From Phoronis australis (Eukaryota > Animalia > Phoronida), in assembly GCA_002633005.1 (NCBI GenBank), contig NMRA01000009.1, positions 324,518 through 388,517 on the forward strand: a DNA stretch of 64,000 bases, read 5' to 3'. Both the position numbers and the translations under genes were made by a program. How positions within the stretch are numbered: the first letter of the stretch is position 1; every line of letters begins with the position of its first letter. This document shows, piece by piece, positions 13,201 to 24,282 of this stretch. The notes under the pieces were generated by a model that did no database searches, had not been told where the DNA came from, and saw only the letters and a program-made list of their open reading frames with translations.

Positions 13201-16200
13201 TGCTTGCTATGTTACTTAGGTCATATCTTGAAATATAGGCATTCATTTTACTGTCTTGCTTATTTTGTTCAATACTTAGTCTGGATTTTGTTGAAAATGA
13301 GGTTAATATACACTGCGCAATTCAATGTGTTGTTTTCAGATGCAAATTCACATGTTGATCCGTCTCTACAAGAAAGACAGAGGTTGCTGAAGCGAGCTCG
13401 TCTCGTGGACGACCTTAATGAAAAGTTAGCTCACCGGCCCGGACCATTAGAGTTAGTAGCTGGCAACATTCTACAAACTGAGAAGGATCTCCAGCGGGCA
13501 ATCAATGGTTTGCATCTATTTATCATCTTTCTTGAACATCAATATATTAGAATTATTAACTCTATGAATTTTCAAACTGACAAGGATTTTAGGCTTGACA
13601 TGAATTGAGATTGGTAGTCTTATATCAAGAATTAGTGACTTCTCTTTAGATTGTGGAAGGAGAGTGCAATATGTTTACATGTCATAGCATGATGTTCTAT
13701 GTGGCCTTGTGTTGGCTTCAAATCTGAGTTACATATTGACAGTGGCTATTTCAGATGGGAACATCCACTACAACAAGACATGTGAAGGGGAGGACCCCAT
13801 ACACTCATCCAGACCAAAATTTGTGTTTGAGTTGGAGAGCCCTAAAAGTGATGCTGCCTCATCACCAGAGCCTGAGACATCGGAGGGGTCTACAGTGAAT
13901 AGTGGCATACCAATATCATCACCAACTGGTTTGGTTCCTGTCACTGCTATGCAGCAAGCCGCTGCCAACCAGCAGATGTTCACGTTTGCTGGCAAGACCA
14001 TACCCATAACCACACAGTCATTTGTGCCTTCCACATCGTCCAATAGTGTCTCAGTGACTAGTCCAACTGGCACTAAAAGCTCGTCCAATGGAGGAAAAAG
14101 CTCAAGTGGTCGCATCAAAAAGAACAAACCAAAGACTCAGTCGAAGAACAAAGTGATCAAATTTCACGAGTACAAAGGGCCGCCGAGTTCTAAAACCCAG
14201 CAGACGACCAACCCCCCGCCCGCTCCTCCAGCCCAGCCCGTGCAGGAGACTCCATACAACATCCTGCTGCAGCAGCAGCAATTGTTCCTACAGTGGCAGC
14301 TGGAGTTCCAGCAGAACAACATGCAGTTTATGGTGTCCCCTGCTGGGGCCACCGCTGCCAGTCTGTCGACCATTCAACCATCACCACAACCAACCACTCA
14401 GCAACCAATCACTCAACAGATACAGATAAAGCAGGAGGTCAAGTCACCACCACCGTGCTCTGTTAGTCCTTCTAGTGTGAACAGTAGCAACATTAGTGCT
14501 CCTAACTCAGTGACATCATCCACTTCGGTGGCGTCTCCACCACCTGCCACACCAGTCATAGCATCTGCACTTTCTCCGAAACCTGTTGTTGCGTCAAAGT
14601 CATTGTCAAAACTGGAGGACATGAAAGTTGCAGATTTACGCGGAGAACTTAAAAAACGTAACCTTCCAGTATCTGGCACAAAACCGCAACTCATTGAACG
14701 TTTGCGTCCATATTCAGATGTGATAACCAGCACGGCCCCAAACTCTCTCAATACCAACGAAAATACAGTTGTTTCACTACCAGGGCTGCCCTCTATTAAC
14801 TCTGTTGTCGTTCCCATGTCATCAGCACCACCTAGTGTCCAGCCACCACAGTTTAACCCCGAGGAGTCCAGCATGTCGCTGCATGGGTCACCACCACTGT
14901 CGCCTATCAGTCAGGCAGATACCAACAGTGTTGCTCCTGCCCCAACTCCACTCTCCCCAGTATCCATGGATACCAATGTGATGTCGCCCACGAATTCCTC
15001 GCCACATTCTCTCATCCATAACACAAGAAGCCAGCCCTCCATTCCAATGGCTGTTGACCAGATATCACGACCACCATCCGTGGCGCCTATGGACGTGGAA
15101 CACTCCAGTCTTCCTGCCAACAACATACCGTTGGCACCACCACTGCCGCTCCATCTTGGCATGGTTGGTCAGCCTCCAGCGGCGGTGAATGTCAACACAT
15201 CCTCGACACAGATTTCCTCTGAGGAACTCGTCAAACAGCAGCAACAGCAGATTGAAGAGCTCCAACGCCAACTGAACTTATCTCTACAACAGCAGCAGCT
15301 TCTTGCAGTGGCAGCCCAGCGAGCTGCTGCCATGCAGGCTGCCAAAGATAGTAGCCAGTCCATTCCTTCAATAGTTGTCACTGCCCAGCCTCAATCTCAC
15401 TTCCTGCAGCAGCTTCAGCAGCAGCAACAACAGCAGCATTCTGGAGTAGCTGTGGCCAGCAGCTCTGCCCATGAACTTATCAACATCGGCCAGCCCAAGG
15501 TTGCCTTCAGCAAACTGCCACCCAGCTCTCAACCGTTCATCTTTACATCAAAGCCAGAGGCTGTGGCTAAGCCTACGGTGGCAGTGATGCCGATGAATGG
15601 AGTAGTTCAGAGCAAGTGAGTTTCTATTGATTGTGTTAAAGTAAATGGTTGGTTTTTCATTTGTTGATGGCGAGGTGTTTGTGTGTGTTATGGCTGAACA
15701 TAAATTACCAGGAATGTAGCAGGTATCTAGAAGCACTGTACAGCCATTATGTAGTCTTTGACAACAACTGCAACATTGACTGTGATATCCAAAAAAAACA
15801 ACAATTCTTATCAACAAGGAAGTTTAGGAGTTAGGTCTCCAAACACACCAGATCGAATAATCAATCTCCCCAGAAACCTAGTGTGTTTATTCAAACCAAC
15901 AATTGAAAGTCATCTGCAAAACCTGTCATTAAGTGCAGGCATTGAAGTTGACTGGTATCCCATCATCCCCTGGAGAGGATGTTGTTCATGTGTTAGTATA
16001 TTGGGCTTAAATAACTTTATTTCACTACAGTGTCTGATCTAGACAAAAAGTACATATCTGTTTTAAAGTACTTAACTAAAAGTTGAATTTAATCTGAAGA
16101 CATTTGTATTGGCCATTCCATGGGTTGAAGAATTTGTATAAGACAACATTTAAGTAACAGCTGTTAACAGCAGGCTCAAAGCAATAATTGAAATAGCAGA

Positions 16201-19200
16201 GGCTAGCATCTAGTAGCACAACAGACAAAGGTGTATTGTGTTTTGTCAGTTGGTTGGGGGAATATATTAACGAAATGAAGCCAAATGGACATAAATAGTT
16301 CTTAGAGGCTATCAGGCTTAATTTTCAGCAAAACCATTTAACAGTGGCTTGTAAATGTTGATTATTTTGGTTTCTTTAAAGTGTCTGATTCATTGAATAT
16401 AATTGGGCCACGCTTCTAATTAGCAGTAAATCAAAATTCCACTGTCATTTGGACTAGTTGGCTATGACGTATGTTCATACTGACTGGCTCTACATGCTCA
16501 GTTTAAATACTGGATGACTATACTTGTGTAGTGACCTGTGTCAAGCTGGTGAAGCCATCAATTGCACTCTGCTGCATAGTGTTGGTCATCCACTGTTATC
16601 GCGACCTTAGATTACTGAAATTTTGACCACTGTTTCTGCACAAATGAGCATCTTAGCCATTGGTTGTATTCTGCTAGTGACTTGTAGTTCTTGCTCAGAT
16701 CACCCATTGCAGCCTGTTGGTTACCGATCTTTGTTTGTTCGACTCAGATCGTCCAGTGTTCCCTCGTCACCAGTGGACAACTCCAACAAAGCCAACCTGA
16801 GACGGACCGTTACGAACCCATTCTTTCATGTTCGCGGCAAGGAACCACCACACTACGAGGAAGTAGTCAGGAACCGTCAGGTATCTACTCAAGTGTGACG
16901 TTCTTATTGGTATGGAAGGGTCCGTGTTCTGATTTCCAGTTCAATTTTCAATTTGAAATTGAACTTTGAAATGTTGACCTGTCAATACTCCATGCCTTGG
17001 AACTGGAAACCTGCACACGTAGTTGAAAGCTTTGACAGCAATTATTAACTTGAATTGATGGCAGTATTTGTTATCTCATTATTTATTATCTTAATTTCGC
17101 AGCCAAAAAGTGACGAGTGAAGTCATAGGTACTGGTGATGGATGGGGAATGCTTTGTAGCAGTTAATTGCAAAATTTTACTGGTAGCCTATCCTGCAGTT
17201 AAAAGGAACTACTTTTATAAAAAACACTTATAGAATTTAGTTAGAAAATGCTGTCATATCGTATTTTACAAGTTTGCACAAAAATTAGTTGTGTTGGTTG
17301 TGTGTGCTAAGCGCTGTTGTTGTGGAATGGAAGGGATGTTTTCACAACATGAAGAAATAGAGCTTAGTTGGTCTATATTTACTTGTGCATTGTATTGTCT
17401 CTTAGAACGTTCTCTAATTGAACATTTTCAGTTCTTTTTTATGCCTGCAGACAACTTGTGCTTTGCATAACTGATGCAAGATGTCTAGCCTTGTACCAGG
17501 GCATGGCCAACGCCCGACTTTTCCAAGCATTCTTGTTTCTGATAGACACATTGTGGTGATTTCCAAATCAAATAGATTCCAATCACCCGTCTGCTCAATC
17601 TTGTCCATCAAAAATGAATGTTGGTATATTTCCGTTTCCCGGTTCTATCTTGGTGACATCGCTTGGTGGCTATAAATCATTATTTAGCTGCGTGACCATG
17701 GCTGGTATGAGAGTTCCTTAGAGGTATGACATGAAGGTTGACCTCAACACATAAGCCAGCCACCTCTTACACCTGTTTCTCACTCATCATATACCTGGCG
17801 AGCTGTGTTGTGTTCTACACCCTATCACTCATCATATACCTGGCGAGCTGTGTTGTGTTCTACACCCTATCAACATGTAATTCAGCTATCGTCAACATTT
17901 TTCTGGCAATTCCAAAGCATTTGCTTGGCACCAAAGTATTTTGTTGGTCACAATTTATTAAGCTCTCCTTTCTGTTTTGTTCTGTGTCAAGCATTACCTG
18001 CTATAATGTCTCTAATTCAAAATAGGTTCCCCTCAATGAAACAGATTATTATTAAATTAATTAGGTTTGGATACACTTAAAAAGGATTCCTCACAACAGG
18101 ATGATGACTCTTAATTTCAAGGTATCGTCGATTTGAAAATCGCGCTAGACAGGTGAATGCGTTTGTTTTTTTTTCTGGGAAGTCTGCATTCTGCACTGGA
18201 CGATTTTTCTGAAAATAAATGTTTTATTTTCTTGAATACTAGTCAGGTCAGTCTGACATTTGAATTGCTTTAGTTTGCAGATGCTGAAATTCCAGCCTCA
18301 TCACTGAGACTTGTTCCCTAATGTGTAAATTCCTTTTATGCTACAAAAACTGTAGTTCCACAATTCCTAGTGAGTAATTGAGGAATAAATGTGATAGCAC
18401 ATCAGCTGTTGTCTAGGCTGAGTTTTCTTTTTGCAGTTGACATTGATTGCTTCCCAGATCAAGTCAAATATGCCGTAATAGTTTCTATTTCTGCTGAGGA
18501 AGTGTTTACCTTGGAAACTCGTGTTAGTTTGGAATTTGTCCTTTGGGCTTGGCCGCAAACTTGGTTTGTTTCCAGATTGGACACCAAAAAGCAGTTTTGT
18601 AGTTGGGTGAAATGCATTAAGAATGCTTTCATTTATTCTGGTTAATTACACAGTTGTGTTGTCTGTCTTGGGCTACTAGAATATCTTGGATTGTTTTGGT
18701 AGAAAACAGTCTGACATCTTTTGCACTTAGCCATCTGTAGAAAGCAGCAGCCATGTTTTTCTCCTTAAACTGATTTGATTTGCTGATGGCCCTCCTCTGC
18801 AGTCATGCAATAAACACTTCCTGGCAAGTAATTAATGGCTTTTTCAAACGGGTCCTAGTTATTCTGAAGCACTAACTCTATTTTTTGTATTGCCAGAACC
18901 TGACCAGTGACAGTGTGCCAGTGAAAAGTCAGGCTATGGATGATCTACTGGAGGTGTTGATAAGAAGTGGAGGTATGTCCTCCTGGTTGAGAAGTCTATA
19001 AAATATATGTACATTGCTTTTTTATGCGCCCACACATTTATATGTGGGTGCATATTGCCGTCATCTTTGTCTGGGTGTCCATTGTTCAGCGTTCGCTGCT
19101 GTTTCTCCTAAACCCCTCACAGGATCTTGATGAGAGTTGGCAGATGTGTTCCCTTCAAGCTTACGACAAACGACGACGAATTTCGAACTTGTCTGACTAC

Positions 19201-22200
19201 TGGTGTGCCCCCTAATGGCAATATAGTTTTTTTACATTTCAGTATCTTCAGAGGTCCTTAACAGATTTTTATAAAATTTGGCAGTTAGGCATCTATTAGT
19301 GAGATGACATTATCCTCCTGTTTTCGGATGGTACTTTGCAGCACTTAGTGGCCATTTTTACTGTTTTGAGTATGTTTTTTGGCATCCACCCCTGTCAACC
19401 AAACCACTCTACGGATGATAGTGTGAAAATTGGCAAATATGTTCTAACTATTAAGAAGGCAACTGACGATGATTTTCTGAGTACTGTACTTGTCCGGGTT
19501 ACCGCCCAGGGCGCTTAAATTGGGAATCTAAAGAAAATGGGGTGGGCGGTAAGCCGAGCATGGGCGGTTAAAATCGAAATTTTCGAAAATTCGGGAGTGG
19601 GTGCTCACTGCACAAAGAACCGATTTTACCCTTACCGAGGTACAATGACGTTGGACTTCAAGCATGTCAGTTAAAATATACATAGGCGGATTGAAGTAAT
19701 GGACTTCGATGGGCTGAAGTAGAATAGCGCACATGATACAGTGGTGCCGTGATCCCGAACGTGATTGGGTTTTCACGTACCTCAGTCGCTGTTCTTCATG
19801 TGTTGGAACTAAGGTATTCCTACAGATAGGCGTACCTTCAGTAGGCCACGTTTCTTGAGAGAAAACCAAGATCATGCAAGACTACACTAGATCGTCATGT
19901 ATTGCTAAGGGAAGCGAGTGATTTTGTAAAGATATGCTGCCGCTAGTTACTTTGGCAACCAAACGTGCTAATGATTGACAGCCGGTCTTTCTTCTAAATA
20001 CTTTGAACCTAGTTTGAACAATGTAACATTTTATATACATTGTATATTACTTTCTGTGTTGAAGAGCCAACACCGACCTCCCAGAATTTGTTCAAGGCAC
20101 GTGCTCAACAATGATACTACTATTAGGCAATAGGGGTGGTCAGTCGGCTGCGAAAATAATGAAGCAAAGACCCATCATGTAAAAAGTCAACACGCAAATC
20201 AAGAATTCAAAAAAATAAGTTTTTGACCACATAGATGTGGATAGAATGTTCGACTTGCGCTTAATTACAAGTTGATTTCTTGCACTATTGGTTTTGGTTG
20301 GGCACTTCCATTTTGGTGTGAGGAGTGAGTCATTAAAAACGTGCGTTTAACGAAGACATAGAACAATGGCCCGTATCTGCTTGTATTCAAAACAATGCAT
20401 CCAAAATAATGTCGGTGGAGTTTCCAAAATTGCTGGTCATGTACCAGCGGAGTGTGATAGTGTTTTTTTTATTTCATTGCTGAGGGTGGTGATGTTTCAT
20501 GAATTGTCATGGGTAATCCAGAAAGGTAGACCACGAACTTGAAATTCTTGTCAAGTACCGGTTTATTGGTTCTTCCACTGCAGTGAAATACATTCGACAA
20601 GTGCTATCTCAGTAATCAGTACATGCTGACACGAGTTACGCGTGTGAGCCAAAGGAAATAATTGTGTCTCCTTCAGTTAAGAGCATGAGAATACGTGTAT
20701 TTTACCGCCATAGTAAGGCAAGTTCCCGGTTCCGCTAAAACTGATTGATTGTCATTGAAAGGTAAGCGAGTTGCGCACGTTTTGGAGTCTTAGTTTTGCG
20801 AGACGAATGTTCACAAAAGCACACACACTTTTGAGGAGGTCTCTGTCATAAAAAATTGGGGGTGGGCGGTAAGCCGAGCATGGGCGGTAACCCGGACGAG
20901 TACAGTACCTTGGCTACTGTGACGCCTCCTAGTGGCACTTTTGTTTGTTTTTGCTCCCATGGCTGCCTAAACGTTCTGTAGGATCTTTATTAAGGTCATC
21001 TTCAACCTTATTTAGTGGCCTCTATTCTTACTAGTATATCAAAAAACTAAGCTTTGTCAACTTGTAAAAGTATATATTTTCTGAAAGAAAAAAGATTAGG
21101 GAATATGAAAATACTTCAAGTATTAATGTACCATTATTATTTTTATGTAAAAACCTTTTTAAGTCAAAATTTTATTTTTAAGAAAGGTACATTCATGGCA
21201 AAATAACACTTCGGTCGATTTTAATGAAACTTTTTTAAATGAAAACTTCACTAGTTATCTCAAAAATGCTGTTAGGAATTTTTGATTAGTCGTTTCGTTT
21301 GGTTTCTATGGTAAATCATCTCGCACAACGTAAGGTATCTTTGTAAAAAACGGAAGTCGTATTCGTCTTTGTTACATTACGCAACAAAATACACCTTTAT
21401 ATCGAAAATCCTAAACAGTGTTTTTGAGACTGATGACTAAATATGAAATCTGGTAAGTTTCAGCGAAATCCACCAAGCCGTTTTCGAGAATTCGTGGTCC
21501 TAAGTTCAAATAAAGTCGATTTGCCGAAGCCGAGAAGAAGCCGATTAAACTAGGACAATCTCAAAGTCTTTGGTTAATTATTCGGTAAAAACTTGTTTTC
21601 GGTACACATAACCTATACAAGCCTTATATGTTCGCTATTTCAACATTCACTCGCAATGTCAACTGATTTTGCAATGTGTAATTAACTTAATGTGTAATTA
21701 ACTTAATGTGTAATTATAATTGAAACATCTCACTACAGTACCGTTCCCTTACTATTGTTTGCGACTTTTTGACCTGCTTTTATATAAATTGGTCACAGTT
21801 CATTGTTATACACATAGCCTGTACACGTCACGTGCTGGGAGACTGATACAAAACCAAGTAAGAAATGGATAACAAAAATCAAATCGGCTGTTAAAGCATG
21901 TCGTTAGCATGAGATCAAAATATTGAAATGTCAATTTATTAATTGAATGAAGGAATTAGGGTGAGGATTTATCTCTTTTCATAACTTGCTGTGTTCATGA
22001 CCACGGAGGCCTGAGGCGACCGTAGCATTCCTTCTCAACGCCAACGGTCGTATGACTGCAGACACACAACTCCCTTAGGATCAAAACTATGTCTTCCCCG
22101 GCAACATTCCTCTATAAGTACACCTCGTTGACTCAATGTTATGGCGATTTTGTGAATGAAAGGACTGAGGGTATGCGAAGCTGTTCTGTACCTGGCGGCA

Positions 22201-24282
22201 GATTCGATTTGATTGACAGCCCTTTAACCTTTGACTTCGGATAAGTAGTAAACAAATATCCATGCGGTTGTGCGGTTCCAAGGTGGTTCTGTTAAATCTT
22301 TTTTCTCATTACGCAGTATATATTTTGTATTTGAAGATCCCCGAGAATGAAGATAAGGTATTTTCCTATGTGAAATATTGTAAAAATGGCCATTTTTTGT
22401 GAATAAAGTTGGAGATAACCTTAAATTCTGCAAGTGTATTTATATGAAGTCGATAACAGATGACGACGACTTTGGGACGGATCGGACTACGGATGTGCTC
22501 CTTGTGGCAATTTTATATTTTTAATTTTATCTCTGTATCTTCAAAGGTCCTCAATGCATTTTCATAAAATCTGGCAGGTAGGCATCGATTAATGAGGTGA
22601 CGCTATCTTCCATGTTTACTGTTTTTTAATCTGTTTTTGACGTCTGCCCCTCTGTCAACCAAAGCACTCTTAAGGATGACTGTGGAAAGTGGCGAGGACG
22701 GTTGACATTAATTTGCGACGACCTCGACTACTGTGGCGCCTTCTCGTGGCAATTTTGTTTTTTACACCCATGGCTGTATGTCCTAAAACCTGTGTAGGAT
22801 CGAACAAGTGGATTTTTATTATCCTATCTTTTGTGTATAACTACAGAGCACCAAATCAATTGTTTTATCATTTTACAGTGCTATACCAGCAGACAATATT
22901 TTGAGAAATTGTGCGCATTCAAAAATGTAGAGTTCATTCTAGATTTGCATCAAAGCCAAAAATTGACTTAGTAATGAGACTTAAACAGCATAAGAAAGGG
23001 CAATCATTGTTTTCACAAACCCAGAAGTACGCAGCAGATTTAGGGAACTTCATCGAGTGCTTATTTGGTATTGTATCATGCAATCGGGCACAGGAGAACT
23101 GACAAGTGGTTATTGCTTCAAACCACACTTATTAAGTAGCTTGTTCTGGTGGCCATCAGGAGAATTACAGTTGTTTCATTATAATTATTAATTGTAACAA
23201 GGGCCAGAGACCTAGTTATTGAATAAATATAGATATAGATACATAACCAACCTCAATTCAAACAAAAGATAAGATGGCAATGAGATTGTTTTGAAAGAGC
23301 AACTGTACACCATGACGTAGTTTGTAGCATTTTAAAGTTTAACATTCAAATTTTTGCTTTGTATTTTCCTGTCCTACCTAAATGTGACTGCTTAATCAAC
23401 TGGTCATTCTATAGGTTTCCCTGGTCCATTATTTTCATTAATGACCTACTTTTGTGTTATATTGTTCCAGAAATGCCAGCCAGTGCAGTGCACGATCTGC
23501 CCTCAACTCCAAAGTTAAGCACATCGGGTGCCCCGTGCTCCACCATCACTGTACTGAGCACGTCTGGTCAGCCAGGGATGACTAATGCTGCCTCTCCAAC
23601 TGGACAGTCAGCAGTTCTTCAGTTAAACTCTGTTAATGTGCATGTGTCCCCACAAATGTTAAACATAGTGCCCGCCAGCCCTCCTCAGGACTCGCACAAA
23701 CCAGCCTCACCCACAGCGGTAAAGAAAGAGGTCCCTCCACCATTGAACATTCTGTCCATCACAAACCCCATGACGTCAGCAGACATAAGCGCGCTGGCTT
23801 CGGACTTGAGCGCTGGATTCAATGATCTGTCACCATTTGGAATGGATTGGGATGAGAGTGCAGGCACCCCCAATATTGGTGATCTTGAATTTGGTGATGG
23901 GCTCGGCCTCAATATAACTGACTCTAGTACACAGCAACTGTTGAACCTGCCTGGTAGCAGTTCTTCTGTCAGCCAGAGTGAGTCGGAACCTAATCTTGCA
24001 AATCTAGGCATAAGTGACAGCTATGACAGCAGTCCACCAAATATGGATGTGTCTGACTGGCTGGACGTGATTCTACCTAACAATACTGGACTCACACCGC
24101 TGAGCACGAATGCTCCAATATCCTTCTCAGCAGACCCTCTACTCACGCCAAAACCTCAAGATGTTTTAGATCTGTTTAGCTTAGACGAGTCTGACTTTAA
24201 CACTCCAACAGATGTCGCTGGTGGTATGAGCTGGGACAAACTCATTGAGAACTCTGGAGCAACCACATCATCTGAACGATGA
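2186..24282 (+). CDS. MRTF: Myocardin-related transcription factor; join(2186..2392,6835..6900,10306..10361,12331..12406,13340..13507,13755..15615,16748..16880,18897..18972,23471..24282); 1114 aa from ATG 2296; 5' end possibly upstream
   Basis: Spliced translation gives RPEL1 SLKRKLMLRRSVNELVNQGIMP, RPEL2 LRHKIQSRPDRQALVQQHILE, RPEL3 LNEKLAHRPGPLELVAGNIL, B1 KVIKFHEYKGPP, Q domain YNILLQQQQLFLQWQL, SAP LEDMKVADLRGELKKRNLPVSGTKPQLIERLRPY, KEPPHYEE, SQAMDDLLEVLIRSGE and TAD MDVSDWLD. All introns GT-AG, phases consistent. Confidence 0.95.
2632..2922. repeat. Minisatellite, 26-bp unit x~11
   Basis: tttctgtgttatcgctgtacctggta repeated with variants; explains repetitive ORFs 2603-3006. Confidence 0.95.
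6835..6900 (+). CDS. MRTF: MRTF exon, RPEL1
   Basis: ttttag / gtaagt; LKRKLMLRRSVNELVNQGIMP. Confidence 0.93.
10137..10258. repeat. (CA)n/(CG)n microsatellite
   Basis: Direct reading. Confidence 0.97.
10306..10361 (+). CDS. MRTF: MRTF exon, RPEL1-2 spacer
   Basis: tttcag / gtattt; LKTPPAFAEKSKQLERAK. Confidence 0.92.
12331..12406 (+). CDS. MRTF: MRTF exon, RPEL2
   Basis: tttcag / gtatgc; VGDTLRHKIQSRPDRQALVQQHILE. Confidence 0.93.
12667..12928. repeat. Minisatellite, 44-bp unit x6
   Basis: tagttggatactatgaccagctcaagtacagaggttacctttgt repeated. Confidence 0.95.
13340..13507 (+). CDS. MRTF: MRTF exon, RPEL3
   Basis: tttcag / gtttgc; LKRARLVDDLNEKLAHRPGPLELVAGNIL. Confidence 0.93.
13755..15615 (+). 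CDS. MRTF: MRTF large exon: basic, Q-rich, SAP and leucine zipper regions
   Basis: Inside the 636-aa ORF 13709..15619; tttcag acceptor, gtgagt donor at 15616. Confidence 0.95.
16748..16880 (+). CDS. MRTF: MRTF exon (KEPPHYEEVV)
   Basis: ctcag / gtatct; phase 2 to 0 fits neighbours; PPxYEE motif of MRTFs. Confidence 0.85.
17779..17872. repeat. Tandem duplication, ~46 bp x2
   Basis: tcactcatcatatacctggcgagctgtgttgtgttctacacccta twice. Confidence 0.9.
18897..18972 (+). CDS. MRTF: MRTF exon (SQAMDDLLEVLIRSG)
   Basis: tgccag / gtatgt; resembles MRTF SQxMDDLFDILIxSG motif. Confidence 0.9.
19484..20905. mobile_element. TA-flanked TIR DNA transposon (Tc1/mariner-pogo/Tc2-like), 1422 bp, nested in copy A
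   Basis: TIR ctgtacttgtccgggttaccgccca / tgggcggtaacccggacgagtacag (24/25); TA on both sides; host element resumes across the site. Confidence 0.88.
20160..20575 (+). pseudogene. Degenerate HIRAN-like ORF relic inside the transposon
   Basis: KIAGHVPAECDSVF / YFIAEGGDVS*IVMG / LEILVKYRFIG across frameshifts and stops. Confidence 0.5.
21184..21751. mobile_element. Possible Kolobok-like non-autonomous element
   Basis: aaggtacattc...gtaccgttcccttta ends near TTAA-like flanks; degenerate. Confidence 0.35.
23471..24282 (+). CDS. MRTF: MRTF terminal exon, transactivation domain
   Basis: ttccag acceptor; ORF 23359..24282; acidic/hydrophobic MDVSDWLDVILP...PLSTNAPISFSADPLL. Confidence 0.9.

Larger units (their letters stand above)
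19018..22800 (+). mobile_element. Helentron/DINE-1-like non-autonomous element (copy A), interrupted by nested insertions; right end approximate
   Basis: 5' tttttatgcgcccac...gtgggtgcat hairpin; ~140-bp internal subrepeats with gcccccta(a/g)tggc shared with copies B-F. Confidence 0.7.

Noticed and set aside
13768-15381. Antisense ORFs over the MRTF large exon (also 23685-24011, 45409-46302)
   Set aside because: Shadow frames of real coding exons with no recognisable domains
17451-18310. Other strong-looking acceptors in the MRTF intron (near 17451 and 18282)
   Set aside because: In-frame stops within ten codons and no homology; such sites are common in AT-rich introns
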